This document shows positions 1-9,700 of a DNA stretch of 64,000 nt, one piece after another (the first letter of the stretch is position 1; every line of letters starts with the position of its first letter). The translations under genes were made by a program, and so were the position numbers. The stretch is from Cyanophyceae cyanobacterium. GTDB lineage: Bacteria; Cyanobacteriota; Cyanobacteriia; Cyanobacteriales; JBHJGN01. Location: contig JBHJGN010000066.1 of NCBI GenBank assembly GCA_050331735.1, positions 23,532 through 87,531 on the forward strand, read 5' to 3'. Below the pieces are notes generated by a model. It was given only the letters and a program-made list of their open reading frames with translations, did no database searches and was not told the origin of the DNA.

Positions 1-166
1 TTTTTAAGCAAGACTAAGGGGTTTGTGTTAGATTGGCTAGCAGTTTCTAGAACGCTAACTTAGCAAAACCTCACGTAGGGGATGGAGGAATGCGCACAGA
101 AAAACAATCACAGGCAACAATTGTTCTATGCGCTGAGGCGACTGAGGTTATTGAAGGACAGTTAGG

Positions 167-1036
167 ATGAGCATCACTGGCTCCCTAGAAACATTTTCTC
201 TCCCAGAACTATTTCGAGTAATCGATACAGGCTCTAAATCTGGGCAGTTGACCATTCAATCTTCGTCTGTGACTGCCAGAGCCGGAACTTACTATCTCTG
301 GTTTCAAAATGGTCGCTTAGTGGCGGTTAGCGATCGCGCCGACGGTCAAGGCTTAACGAACGCCATCGAAAGCCGAGGCTGGCTGAGAAGGCGCGTTCTT
401 CAGCGGCTAACCGAATCCTGCCCGAGTGGAAAGGCTTTAGGCGTCCATCTCAACACGGAGTCGGTTTTGCAGGTCAGGCAGCTCAAGTTGCTGTTTCAAG
501 GACAGCTTTTTCAAGTTCACAGATTGTTTGAGCTGAGTTCAGGACGCTTTAATCTCTCAGATCAAGACCGCAAGCAGACTCTGCCGTGGCTAGAAATGAC
601 GGGTATCAGTCTTCGGGCTATTGAAGTGGCCCTCTTTTGTCTGCGCCGGCTCAAAAACTGGGAAAGCTATGCCAACCAACTTCCTCACCGGAGTTCGACT
701 TTAGAGGCTCTGGTATCTCGTCCGGCACTACAGCTTAAAGCTCTGGAGCTACAGCTTTGGGTACTTGCCGATGGCAAAACTTCTCTCGAAACTATTACCC
801 GGCAGGTGAATCAGCCACTCAGCGAGGTAGAGCGAGCCGCATTTCGTCTGATGGTAGCTGGTCTAGTCGAGGAAGTGCCGCACTCTCAACAACAAGTGAG
901 ACTTTTACCGGCGCGACCCCGACCGCTAGCTTCCGTTACAGCGACCACCGAACCAAAGGAGACTAGCAAACCAGCAGAAACGGTGAGTCGTTCGTTGATT
1001 CAAAATTTAATTAACTTTTTGCGGAGTTGGTTTTAA
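167..1036 (+). CDS. DUF4388 (PatA N-terminal-like) domain protein
   Basis: N-terminus ITGSLETFSLPELFRVIDTGSKSGQL is typical of DUF4388; stop overlaps the next ATG (TAATG, 1034-1038). Confidence 0.8.
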   Translation: MSITGSLETFSLPELFRVIDTGSKSGQLTIQSSSVTARAGTYYLWFQNGRLVAVSDRADGQGLTNAIESRGWLRRRVLQRLTESCPSGKALGVHLNTESVLQVRQLKLLFQGQLFQVHRLFELSSGRFNLSDQDRKQTLPWLEMTGISLRAIEVALFCLRRLKNWESYANQLPHRSSTLEALVSRPALQLKALELQLWVLADGKTSLETITRQVNQPLSEVERAAFRLMVAGLVEEVPHSQQQVRLLPARPRPLASVTATTEPKETSKPAETVSRSLIQNLINFLRSWF

Positions 1037-1557
1037 TGGAACGACTGCTCATTGCCGTTACTGGACCCGTCGGCGCTGGCAAAACGAGCTTTATTCGCGC
1101 CGTTAGCGAAATTGATCCGGTAGATACAGACCGCCGCGCTACAGATGAAACAGCCTTATTAAAGCAAACAACAACCGTCGCTCTCGATTTTGGGCGCATT
1201 ACCCTTAATCCGGGACAGGTGGTCTATCTCTATGGAACTCCCGGACAGGTGCGCTTCGACTTTATGTGGGACATTCTGATTCGTAAAGTTCACGCTACCG
1301 TTCTGCTAATTGATGCTCATCGTCCCCAGAATTTTCGTAGCGGTCGGCAGTTACTCACTTTTATGAAGCAGCGCTCCTCTTTGCCAATGGTTCTTGGCGT
1401 TACCCACACAGACTGCGTAGACGCTTGGGAGCCAGAGGATGTGGCGCTGGCTCTTGGCTTAGTTAATCAGTCAAAACGTCCACCGATCCTCCGCGTTAAT
1501 GCCGATAACCCTAGCTCTGTTGCCCAGTGTCTGATTACTTTACTAGAGCGAATTTAA
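1036..1557 (+). CDS. Small GTPase, MglA/conservon-type (ATP_bind_1 family)
   Basis: P-loop GPVGAGKT, TTVALDFG, GTPGQ, G4-like THTD; start placed at ATG 1036, coupled to the upstream stop. Confidence 0.85.
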   Translation: MERLLIAVTGPVGAGKTSFIRAVSEIDPVDTDRRATDETALLKQTTTVALDFGRITLNPGQVVYLYGTPGQVRFDFMWDILIRKVHATVLLIDAHRPQNFRSGRQLLTFMKQRSSLPMVLGVTHTDCVDAWEPEDVALALGLVNQSKRPPILRVNADNPSSVAQCLITLLERI

Positions 1558-1865
1558 GGCAGATTCGGTTTCCGAGGCGAGGAGTTGCGCAGCAGACGGT
1601 CAAAAGATAGGTATACTATCTGGTAATTATTGTGATGTAGGGTAATGAGTAAATCCCATGACATTCAGATAGAGATCCTCTCAGTCGATCTATGACATCC
1701 AATGTTCCCCCACCCGACCCTCCGGCCTCGGCTAACGACGAGGAAGGACCATGGCTGAATTTAGTTCGTCGCGTACGAGAGGCCTTCAGCCCTGTTGATG
1801 ATTGGGTATCAGACTCTCAGACTCTCGACGTTTCTACCAACCGTTTATCCCCTCAGAAGACACCA

Positions 1866-2234
1866 ATGATTCAAGCCTCAGCCATTAAGGATACTTTACA
1901 AAATTTCGTGAGCAGCACGACCGATATCCAAGGAGCCGCCCTCGTCAGTCCCGACGGTCTGCCGTTGACTTCGGTTCTGCCTGCCAGTATGGATGAAGAA
2001 CGGACATCAGCCATGTCCGCAGCGATGCTGTCATTAGGCGAAAGAATCGGTCAGGAACTTTCTCGAGGCGTACTAGAACGCATTTTTGTTGAGGGCGAAA
2101 AAGGCTATAGCGTGTTGATTGGCTGTGGCGAAGACGCGGTTTTGCTGATTTTAGCAAGTAAAGAGGCTAAGCAGGGACTCCTGTTTCTAGAAATCAAGCG
2201 GCTAGTAAGAGAAATTACTCCGCTGATTACCTGA
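1866..2234 (+). CDS. Roadblock/LC7 (MglB-like) protein
   Basis: IQGAALVSPDGL...MSAAMLSLGER...LLFLEIKR; the ORF is open from 1692 but the domain begins at ATG 1866. Confidence 0.85.
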   Translation: MIQASAIKDTLQNFVSSTTDIQGAALVSPDGLPLTSVLPASMDEERTSAMSAAMLSLGERIGQELSRGVLERIFVEGEKGYSVLIGCGEDAVLLILASKEAKQGLLFLEIKRLVREITPLIT

Positions 2235-2275
2235 ATAGATAATTGAGCACCTGAGCAATAGGATAGAGAAGATTT

Positions 2276-2734
2276 ATGCTGCGTCAAACCCTCGGAAATT
2301 TTAGCAGTGTTGTTTGCCTAAAAGCAATTATTACAGGCAGGGAAGATGCGCTGGCGAACGAGCTACGGCGATCGCGCTCAAGTCGGCAGGGCGGACCAGA
2401 GGCAAAACGTTAATTACTGAGCTGGGCTTAACGGGGACGAAGCTCTCTTGGGATGAAGTGGCCATCAAGCTGAACTAGGCACTGGGTAAAGACGGCACTC
2501 GCCTCTACATCATCGATCAAATTGAGCAGGCAGGCGACGTGATGGAAGTTTATACGCGAGAAACGAGCTGTTCGACAGACGAACCCCCGGGGTCGGAGCG
2601 CCAATGTCCCTATACCCTAGGAGCCGTGTGGGGGGGCACTAGAGCAAGTTTTAGGAAAGCGGCGAGGCATGCATACTGAGTCGGTGCTGCGAGGGGGCAC
2701 TCATGATATGTTTGAATTTACCGAGATCATTTAG
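2276..2734 (+). pseudogene. Disrupted V4R/hydrocarbon-binding-like protein gene
   Basis: Reconstructed MLRQTLGNFSSVVCLKAIITG..ATAIALKSAGRTRGK..ALGKDGTRL..ETSCS..QCPYTLGAVWG..HTESVLRGGTHDMFEF requires a frameshift near 2352, read-through of TAG 2476-2478 and a frameshift in the G7 run 2630-2636. Confidence 0.75.
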
Positions 2735-2741
2735 GACCAGC

Positions 2742-3578
2742 TTATAAACATCGCAGACTTTGAATCACTCCCTCACAAACTCCTGCCAAAAAATCCCCAT
2801 CCAGGGTCGCTACCGTATCGCTCGCTCGATGATAATGGGGATTTCTTAAAAACGCAGTATCTGTTACCATCACTGCCGGATAGCCTCGATCCCAAAACGG
2901 CGCGTGGTCGCTCCAGCGGGTCTGAGGCACCCAGATACCGCGATTGGGCACGGGCAACCACTCGCAAGGGACTCCGGATGATTTTAGCGTACGGCTAAGA
3001 CGAACTAAATCAGGAATGGTAGCTAAACTGCCCACTAAAGCAATAAAGTTACCTCGATGGGGGTAAAAGTACCGTAATCCTGCTGGGTACTGCTGGGAAC
3101 GAGGAGAGCGATCGCAGTAGCCGAGCATCTCCAGCGAAAACATCAGCCGGAGCTGTTGCCCCTGCTGCTTGAGCTCAGCGGCATAGGCAGAACTGCCCAA
3201 CAAGCCGTACTCTTCCATGTCAAAGGCAACGAGCCGCACCGGATATTTCAGCGGATTCAGTGCCAGTGCTGGGGCTATCTCCAGCAGCACAGCGACGCCG
3301 GTGGCGTTATCGTCAGCTCCGGGGGTTCCCGGTACAGCATCGTAGTGAGCGCCAATTAGAATCGGCGGCAGCTTCTGGTTTGACCCCGGCAGATCGAGAA
3401 TAAGATTAGTGTGAGTTTTCCCCCGAACCTCGAAGTCATGAGTTGCCACCGTTCCCCACTGCTGAAGCTGTTGGCGAACATATTGCTGCACGTAAAAGTG
3501 GCCCGCCGAGGCTAAATAAGGATCGCGTTCTCGGACAATTTCAATCAGGTGGCTGTGGAGGCGGGCTTCTAGACTCAA
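2742..3578 (-). CDS. M28 family Zn peptidase
   Basis: GAHYD, GADDNATG, FDMEE, SLEMLG, SDH and HYH metal-ligand motifs. Confidence 0.85.
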   Translation of the reverse strand: MSLEARLHSHLIEIVRERDPYLASAGHFYVQQYVRQQLQQWGTVATHDFEVRGKTHTNLILDLPGSNQKLPPILIGAHYDAVPGTPGADDNATGVAVLLEIAPALALNPLKYPVRLVAFDMEEYGLLGSSAYAAELKQQGQQLRLMFSLEMLGYCDRSPRSQQYPAGLRYFYPHRGNFIALVGSLATIPDLVRLSRTLKSSGVPCEWLPVPNRGIWVPQTRWSDHAPFWDRGYPAVMVTDTAFLRNPHYHRASDTVATLDGDFLAGVCEGVIQSLRCL

Positions 3579-3718
3579 CTCTCTCTCGCAGAATACTTAA
3601 ATAACCTATAGAGCAAAAATTTACCCGTTTTTTACTTTTCCTCTCTATTCTTTGATAACAGGCTTAGGTGTATCTTTGGCGGCTCGTTCGTATAGCTGGC
3701 GTTCGAGCTGCTTTTTTC

Positions 3719-5224
3719 TTAGCTAACGGTACGAATCGCCTCCAGCAAGCCTCTCGCCTTATTCAGCGTTTCTTGGTACTCCGCCTCTGGGTCGGAATCG
3801 GCGACCAAACCCGCTCCGGCCTGCACCGAAACGAGGTGCTGCCCTGACCGAGGACGAACGATCATCGTCCGGATAGCGATCGCGCTATTAAGCTGGCCTT
3901 CAAACCCATAGTAGCCGTACACCCCCGAGTAGGGACCGCGCCGTTCTGGCTCTAGCTCGTGAATAATTTCCATCGCCCGAATTTTAGGAGCGCCGCTGAC
4001 GGTTCCGGCGGGAAAGCAGGCTTTGAGCAAATCCCAGGCCGACCGCCCGGGCGCTAAGGCTCCAACCACATTGCTAACGATGTGCATCACGTGGGAGTAG
4101 CGTTCGATCGCCATCAGTTCGTCCACGCGGACGCTGCCCGACGCGCAGACTCTGCCAAGGTCATTGCGTCCTAAATCGACCAGCATGACGTGTTCGGCAA
4201 TCTCTTTCGGGTCTTGCAGCAGCTCTTGGGCGAACGCTTCGTCTGCGGCGCTGGTTTGGCCTCTCGGTCTCGTTCCCGCAATGGGTCTGACCGTTGCTAG
4301 GGTTTGCCCATTGGCTCGTTCTGCCTTTACCATTACCTCTGGGCTAGAGCCGATAATTTGCCAATCGCCAAAGTTGAAATACGCCATGTATGGAGAAGGA
4401 TTGATCTGGCGCAGGGAGCGGTAGAGAGTGAAGGGTTCGCCGCTGTACTGAGCCCGCAGTCGCTGAGAAATGACGACCTGAAAGATATCGCCAGCGCGAA
4501 TATACTCCTTGGCTTTGCGAACGTTGTCGCAAAACTGTGCTCGCCCGACGTTACTTTCATAGTTCACCTGGGCTGAAGCGTAGTTCATTTCTAGGGGTTT
4601 TGCCTCTACTGGAAGCGGAGACTGGAGCTTGAGGACGAGATTGGCCACGGCCTGACAGGCTTGCTGGTAAGCCGATGACAGGTCGATGCCGTCGCTCCGC
4701 AAATCAGCGTAGGCGATCGCCCAGATTTTTCGCTTCACCTGATCGAACACAATCAGGCGATCGATCTGCATCCACACTCCATCGGGCAAATCAGCGTCCG
4801 TCGCTGCATAGATTGGCACTCTTGGCTCAATCCAGCGAATCAGCTCGTAGCCCCAAAACCCGTAGAGACCACCGATTTTGAAGGGAAGCTGCGGCAAATT
4901 GACCGGATGAATCGGAGCTAAGCAGTCGGCCAGAACCTGAAAGGGATTGCCTGCAAACCGCTTCACCGAGCCATCTCGATGCTGTTGGGTGGTTGTTTCT
5001 CCTGTGGTTGTCAGTACCCACACCGGATCGCACCCCAAAGCGCTGTAGCGTCCAATTGTCTCGCCCCCTTCTACCGACTCGAGCAAAAAGCTGTAGGGTT
5101 GACCGGCACAAATTTTGTACCAAGCCGAGACGGGAGTTTCGAGATCGGCGACCCATTCCTGGTAAACTGGCACAAAATTACCCTGCTGGGCTAGTTGAGA
5201 AAACTCAGAATAACTGGGAAACAT
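3719..5224 (-). CDS. trpE: Anthranilate synthase component I
   Basis: LLES, NPSPYM, RPIAGTRPRG, AEHVMLVDLGRND, PAGTVSGAPK, QAGAGLVADS. Confidence 0.93.
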   Translation of the reverse strand: MFPSYSEFSQLAQQGNFVPVYQEWVADLETPVSAWYKICAGQPYSFLLESVEGGETIGRYSALGCDPVWVLTTTGETTTQQHRDGSVKRFAGNPFQVLADCLAPIHPVNLPQLPFKIGGLYGFWGYELIRWIEPRVPIYAATDADLPDGVWMQIDRLIVFDQVKRKIWAIAYADLRSDGIDLSSAYQQACQAVANLVLKLQSPLPVEAKPLEMNYASAQVNYESNVGRAQFCDNVRKAKEYIRAGDIFQVVISQRLRAQYSGEPFTLYRSLRQINPSPYMAYFNFGDWQIIGSSPEVMVKAERANGQTLATVRPIAGTRPRGQTSAADEAFAQELLQDPKEIAEHVMLVDLGRNDLGRVCASGSVRVDELMAIERYSHVMHIVSNVVGALAPGRSAWDLLKACFPAGTVSGAPKIRAMEIIHELEPERRGPYSGVYGYYGFEGQLNSAIAIRTMIVRPRSGQHLVSVQAGAGLVADSDPEAEYQETLNKARGLLEAIRTVS

Positions 5225-5397
5225 CGGGGGATTAAGCGAAGCTGAGAGCGGAACGAAATTTCATTCAAGAGCTGTTATGGCAGGAGTTAGAAGTCAAATT
5301 GACGCTGACTAGCTTTTAACCGTCACTCCCTCCTCGTCTTTCTAGCGATCGCTAGAGCAAAACAATGGTTTTTCCTGGACAGCTAATAAATTGAGAT

Positions 5398-5440
5398 GCG
5401 CCAAACTATTTCACTATTCAACAGTGAAATAGTTTGGCGC
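5398..5440. terminator. Perfect 18-bp inverted repeat between psaD and trpE (probable terminator or mRNA-stabilising stem)
   Basis: GCGCCAAACTATTTCACT (5398-5415), 7-nt loop, AGTGAAATAGTTTGGCGC (5423-5440). Confidence 0.55.
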
Positions 5441-5581
5441 GGGACGGAGACTTACTACTTACCGGTAGCTCGCCACTCCCTTGGATAGGAAACTGAAACC
5501 CGAAAAGCTGATAGCTAACTGCTAACGGCCTTTAAAAGGACGAAAAGCTCCCTTCATCCTTAATTTTGAGTTTTGGCCCTG

Positions 5582-6010
5582 CTAGACATCGTAAGTTTTC
5601 TTTCCAGAGAACTTCAGCGTTGCCGGTTCAGGGTTGCTGCCAATATTTCTATCCCGCTTACCCACGTAGGGTCGTCCTTCGTTGACTTTTTCTGGAAAGA
5701 CCCCATCGGCTGGGTGTAGGTATTGAATCTCGCCGCTCGGATAAATTCGGTAAATTTTGTAATCTTCTAGCTTGGGCTTAAAGTTAGTCCTAAACTGTGC
5801 TCCCAGAGCTAAACAGTGTTCTTTGCGAGCGAGGTAGAGGAGATTTTTGCCTTCGTGCATGATTGCCGCTCCACCCGTTGGCATTTCAAACACCTGCTCT
5901 TTAGGGCTCGTCCAGGTAATCGCGTATTTTTCTTCGACGATAGCTTTAGTGAGCAAGCCGCCGGTGCTGCCACCAAACTTCGGGGTTTTTCCAGAAAGTT
6001 CTTCTGCCAT
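5582..6010 (-). CDS. psaD: Photosystem I reaction centre subunit II
   Basis: [42 protein letters not shown]. Confidence 0.98.
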   Translation of the reverse strand: MAEELSGKTPKFGGSTGGLLTKAIVEEKYAITWTSPKEQVFEMPTGGAAIMHEGKNLLYLARKEHCLALGAQFRTNFKPKLEDYKIYRIYPSGEIQYLHPADGVFPEKVNEGRPYVGKRDRNIGSNPEPATLKFSGKKTYDV

Positions 6011-6037
6011 AACTATATTTCAACAGTATTTTAGGGA

Positions 6038-6088
6038 ATGCTATCACTGAGACTGTCTTGATTGAGCAGGCTTGTCAAGAACTGTAAC
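6038..6088 (-). promoter_or_regulatory. psaD promoter: HLR1 (RpaB)-like direct repeat and extended -10
   Basis: Minus strand GTTACAGT-TC-TTGACAAG (6088-6071) resembles the HLR1 repeat (G/T)TTACA(T/A)(T/A); TGATAGCAT at 6046-6038. Confidence 0.45.
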
Positions 6089-6131
6089 AGTTTGTCATCG
6101 AATTGGAGACAGGGAGTGAAAGCAACGTTTT

Positions 6132-8210
6132 CTATTTCTGTTTGCGCTCCTTACGAGTGCGCGGTTGGCGGCGGGGAGCCTGGGGAGACTGTCCGTTTTG
6201 AGCTTGCTCACAGCCGTCAGGGCGCTCGTCGAGGGGGGATGCTTCTCCGGAGGCCGCCCGTCTGCCAGAGCGTTGGCTAGTTGAACTTTGAGGGGCATCA
6301 CTGGCAATTGTCGGAACCGTAAAGTGAAACTCGCTGCCGCGATCTCTCCCGGCAGATTGCGCCCATATTTCCCCCCCCCAACTATTGACAATCTGGCGAC
6401 AAATTGCTAAGCCTAATCCCGTTCCGCCCGTACTCCGTCGCAAGGCTCCCTCTTCCTGATAAAAGCGGTCAAAAACGCTTTCCAGGCGTTTCGGTTCGAT
6501 GCCCCGTCCGGTATCGGAGATGGTAATTTCCAATCTTTGAGGATCGTAGCGGCTGACCTCAACGGTAATTTTGCCATCGGCTTCGGTAAACTTGCAGGCA
6601 TTGTCTAAAAGCTTTGCTAATACTTCTACTAGCCACTCTCCATCTGCCTGCACTAAGGGAACGCTTGGGGTCGAAACTTCAATCTGCGGCAGGGGCTTGC
6701 CGAGGTTACGGGCGCGGACGTTGCTGAGAGCAAGTTCAATACATTCATGAAGAGAGAGGGATTCAGAATGCCACTCGACTCGTCCGCTTTCTAGCTGAGA
6801 GAGGGTGAGGAAATCTTGAATGAGCTTGCGCATCCGCTCTGTATCGTTGAGTGCTGTGTTGAGCATCACCTGACGCAAGTCGGGCGACATATCCGGTTCG
6901 CTCGCGAGGCTTTCTAAACAAATTTGAATCGTGGAAAGAGGAGTGCGGAGTTCGTGACCAACAATCGCGGTTAGATTTGAGCGAGTGCGGTCCAGCGCTT
7001 CAAGTTGCTGATTGAGGTCTTCTAGGTTGGCGTAGGCTTCCGCCTGAATGAGGGCGACACCAATTTGAATCGCGATCGCCTCAACGAGCGCAATTTCTTC
7101 TGCTGTATACTCGGAGGGAGTGCCGCAGTTGTGCAGCTCAATGACCCCCAACAGGCGATCTTGGTAGAGGACGGGAACCAGGAGCCAAGAGATGATGTCA
7201 GTGGTCTGGGCTCGGTCTTTGAGCTGAGAAGATGAGGCTCGTAGCCGAGGGTCGCTGCGAGCGTCGGTGATGCTGAGAGATTCTTTATGAGCAACGAGCT
7301 CTTGAAACAGTGGATTATCTTGCAGGGGCCACACCTGATCTTTAAGAGAGCTCACCCCGGTTAGAAATTCATGTTTGATGAGTGTGGTTTCGTCCGTTTC
7401 CTTGCAGCGATAGACTAAACAGCGACACGCGCCTGTAGCAATGCCAAGATGCTCCACCGCGATTTGCAAAATTTCTTCGGGGTCAAGCGATCGCCGAATA
7501 GCCGTGATCACCGAGTTGAGCAACTGTTCTCGCTGCTGTTTGGTCGCTAGGGAACGATTGGCTTTAATCAATTTGTACTGCCCCACCTGGAGATAGGTGA
7601 CTAGCCTCTGCACAAAGGGATCTGGATTATTCGTCGGACTGGTGGTGGTGGCGGGAATGTTCAAGTAAGCTTGAGCTTGCTTGACTTTATCAGCGAGCTC
7701 TGGCCGGTAATGAACAATCCGCTTCAGCAGCTCTGCTGCTGCCTGGTTACTCACCTGACGGTCGAAGGTCCAAATCCCTTCAAAGCGTCGGCTGTTGTCC
7801 ATTTCTAGATCGGGAGCTTGCGCAAAGGATGCTGCTCGTTCTTGACAAACCAAGCAGCTACAGTATTGCCGAGCAATCACGACGAGATGCCACTCCTGCG
7901 CTAGGCTATCGGTTGGTTCAAAGGCAATCGTTTCGTAGTTGTCGGAGCGGTTGCCAAAATCTGTTTCTGGGGCGGCCAGCACGTAGACTTGGGTCGATTT
8001 TTGAGCAATGCGTTGGTATCGATGAGCTTCCTGGCGATAGAAACGCTCTCTTTGAAAGCTAGCGATGATTAAGGGCTGCTCAGAATCGGCGAGCACCTGA
8101 TCTTCCATCGCGTGGGAAAGAGCGGTCAAAGAAGATTTGAAAAATAGCTGGGGTCGTAAATGTGGCAAAGCCTGTAATAGCTCTGCTAGTACAAAGTCGG
8201 AAATGCTCAT
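6132..8210 (-). CDS. DICT-GAF sensor histidine kinase
   Basis: DICT N-terminus (LTALSHAMED, SFQRERFYRQE, EWHLVV), GAF domain, H-box GHELRTPL, LLDNACKF, DTGRGI, GGTGLGLAI. Confidence 0.88.
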   Translation of the reverse strand: MSISDFVLAELLQALPHLRPQLFFKSSLTALSHAMEDQVLADSEQPLIIASFQRERFYRQEAHRYQRIAQKSTQVYVLAAPETDFGNRSDNYETIAFEPTDSLAQEWHLVVIARQYCSCLVCQERAASFAQAPDLEMDNSRRFEGIWTFDRQVSNQAAAELLKRIVHYRPELADKVKQAQAYLNIPATTTSPTNNPDPFVQRLVTYLQVGQYKLIKANRSLATKQQREQLLNSVITAIRRSLDPEEILQIAVEHLGIATGACRCLVYRCKETDETTLIKHEFLTGVSSLKDQVWPLQDNPLFQELVAHKESLSITDARSDPRLRASSSQLKDRAQTTDIISWLLVPVLYQDRLLGVIELHNCGTPSEYTAEEIALVEAIAIQIGVALIQAEAYANLEDLNQQLEALDRTRSNLTAIVGHELRTPLSTIQICLESLASEPDMSPDLRQVMLNTALNDTERMRKLIQDFLTLSQLESGRVEWHSESLSLHECIELALSNVRARNLGKPLPQIEVSTPSVPLVQADGEWLVEVLAKLLDNACKFTEADGKITVEVSRYDPQRLEITISDTGRGIEPKRLESVFDRFYQEEGALRRSTGGTGLGLAICRQIVNSWGGEIWAQSAGRDRGSEFHFTVPTIASDAPQSSTSQRSGRRAASGEASPLDERPDGCEQAQNGQSPQAPRRQPRTRKERKQK

Positions 8211-8434
8211 CTCCTGTTGTGCTGCCGTTATCCCATTCTGGAATGCTGTCGCCTCATTTCTCTATCCTACAAAAAAGCGGCTCACTTCTTGAACGTTTTT
8301 CGGCGATTAGGCAAGCTTGTAACAAATCTTTTCAGCCCCGGAATCAGGTTGGGGTGATCGCTGGTCCCCAGCATCTGCCCTGGAGTCCGTCTCCCGGCGA
8401 TGCCTCCGAGCAGCTTCAGAACGCCAACGTGGGA

Positions 8435-9646
8435 TTAAGCGGCAGCTAGCCGCTGTCCCTGCATCTGCTGTAAGTACCAGTGGTGAAACTGCGCCACCGA
8501 CTTCTCCATTAGGGGGGAAAGGGGACCGGGCAAATAGGCAGAAGAACAAATCCCGGCATAGTTATGCTCGCAAAGTTGCCAATCTTGCTCGCTGGTGGCT
8601 CTCCAGACCGCCGTCACCTTGTCTACCTGGTAGTCATGGTTGGCCACCGCCGCTTCATGAACCAGGAAAGCAACATCAATCTGAGTCAGTTCAGGACTGA
8701 GGGGAATGACTCGCGTTGTCATCGCGTAGTCGGCATTGGCGTGCGCCCAAAAATTAGGTAACCCAATCAGGCGTAAGCTGCCAACAGTTGGTTCTTGGAA
8801 ATCTCCCATTAGTGGAGCCGTCAACCGACCGTCTAAGCTTTCTGTCAAACAACCTTCTTTGAGAGGAAAACGAGAGACGCGAAACCAAGAGCCATTCGGA
8901 AAATTGACCTCCCTTGGAGAAAGCCCCAAGGCTTCCCACTGTCGATAGGAGTCCGCGAGCCGGTAGGTAAAGTCATGGTCATGACGGTCATCTCCTGGCA
9001 ACCCCAAATCGTAGTTAGAGAGAGCAAATTCTGGATGTCCTTGGCAGTGGTAGCACTCTCGGTTGTTCTCGATAATCATTTTCCAATTGGCTTTAATCGT
9101 GTAGCGATCGCCGGCAATAATCTTCGCTCGCTCTAGACGGTGGGGGGTGAGTTGCGGGGCGATCGCCGCTTCCGCCGCCGCAAAATCTGGCGGTACGGCA
9201 GCAAGACAGACAAACAGCAACCCCGCGAGTTCGCGTACGTGGGCAGAAGTTAGGCTGTAACAGCTCTTGTCAAAGTCTGCGCCCATGAGTCTTGCTCCTA
9301 CTAAGTTACCGTTGGGTCGATAGGTCCACTGGTGGTAAGGGCACACAAACGCTTCGGTCTGTCCACGCTGATTGAAAACAATTTTTGAGCCGCGATGACG
9401 GCAGACATTAAAGTGAGCGTGGAGTTGACCAGCTCGATCTCGAACAACGATGACGGATTCGCTGCCTATATTCACCGTCAAATAGTCACCAGGGCGAGCC
9501 ACTTCACAGCTATGTCCGACAAATAACCAGTTTTTGAAAAAGATTTGCCGCAGGTCTTCTTTAAAGACAAACTCATCAACGTAAAAAGCTTGAGGAAGCG
9601 TCATTCCCTGAGTGTAGAGACTGAGGGAGTGAGTAATCGGATTCAT
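8435..9646 (-). CDS. Rieske non-heme iron oxygenase alpha subunit (GbcA/Stc2 betaine demethylase-like)
   Basis: CRHRG...CPYHQW Rieske motif, ANWK..ENNRECYHC..H, late QD motif (SEQDWQLCE). Confidence 0.85.
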   Translation of the reverse strand: MNPITHSLSLYTQGMTLPQAFYVDEFVFKEDLRQIFFKNWLFVGHSCEVARPGDYLTVNIGSESVIVVRDRAGQLHAHFNVCRHRGSKIVFNQRGQTEAFVCPYHQWTYRPNGNLVGARLMGADFDKSCYSLTSAHVRELAGLLFVCLAAVPPDFAAAEAAIAPQLTPHRLERAKIIAGDRYTIKANWKMIIENNRECYHCQGHPEFALSNYDLGLPGDDRHDHDFTYRLADSYRQWEALGLSPREVNFPNGSWFRVSRFPLKEGCLTESLDGRLTAPLMGDFQEPTVGSLRLIGLPNFWAHANADYAMTTRVIPLSPELTQIDVAFLVHEAAVANHDYQVDKVTAVWRATSEQDWQLCEHNYAGICSSAYLPGPLSPLMEKSVAQFHHWYLQQMQGQRLAAA

Positions 9647-9650
9647 AAAA

Positions 9651-9681
9651 GGAAAGCGCCGACGGCGCAGGGGAAAGGAAG
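9651..9681 (-). repeat. Fragment of the GA-rich hairpin repeat family (inverted orientation)
   Basis: GGAAAGCGCC-GAC-GGCGCAGGGGAAAGG resembles the reverse complement of the right arm seen at about 16140-16175 and 59880-59910. Confidence 0.6.
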
Positions 9682-9700
9682 TAATGACTAAGTTTTTTCC

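Noticed and set aside
1692..1865. 58-aa N-terminal extension of the roadblock protein
   Set aside because: Low complexity and outside the domain; ATG 1866 preferred, although the longer start cannot be excluded
2630..2636. G7 run as a phase-variation switch
   Set aside because: The gene has two other upstream lesions, so slippage could not restore it
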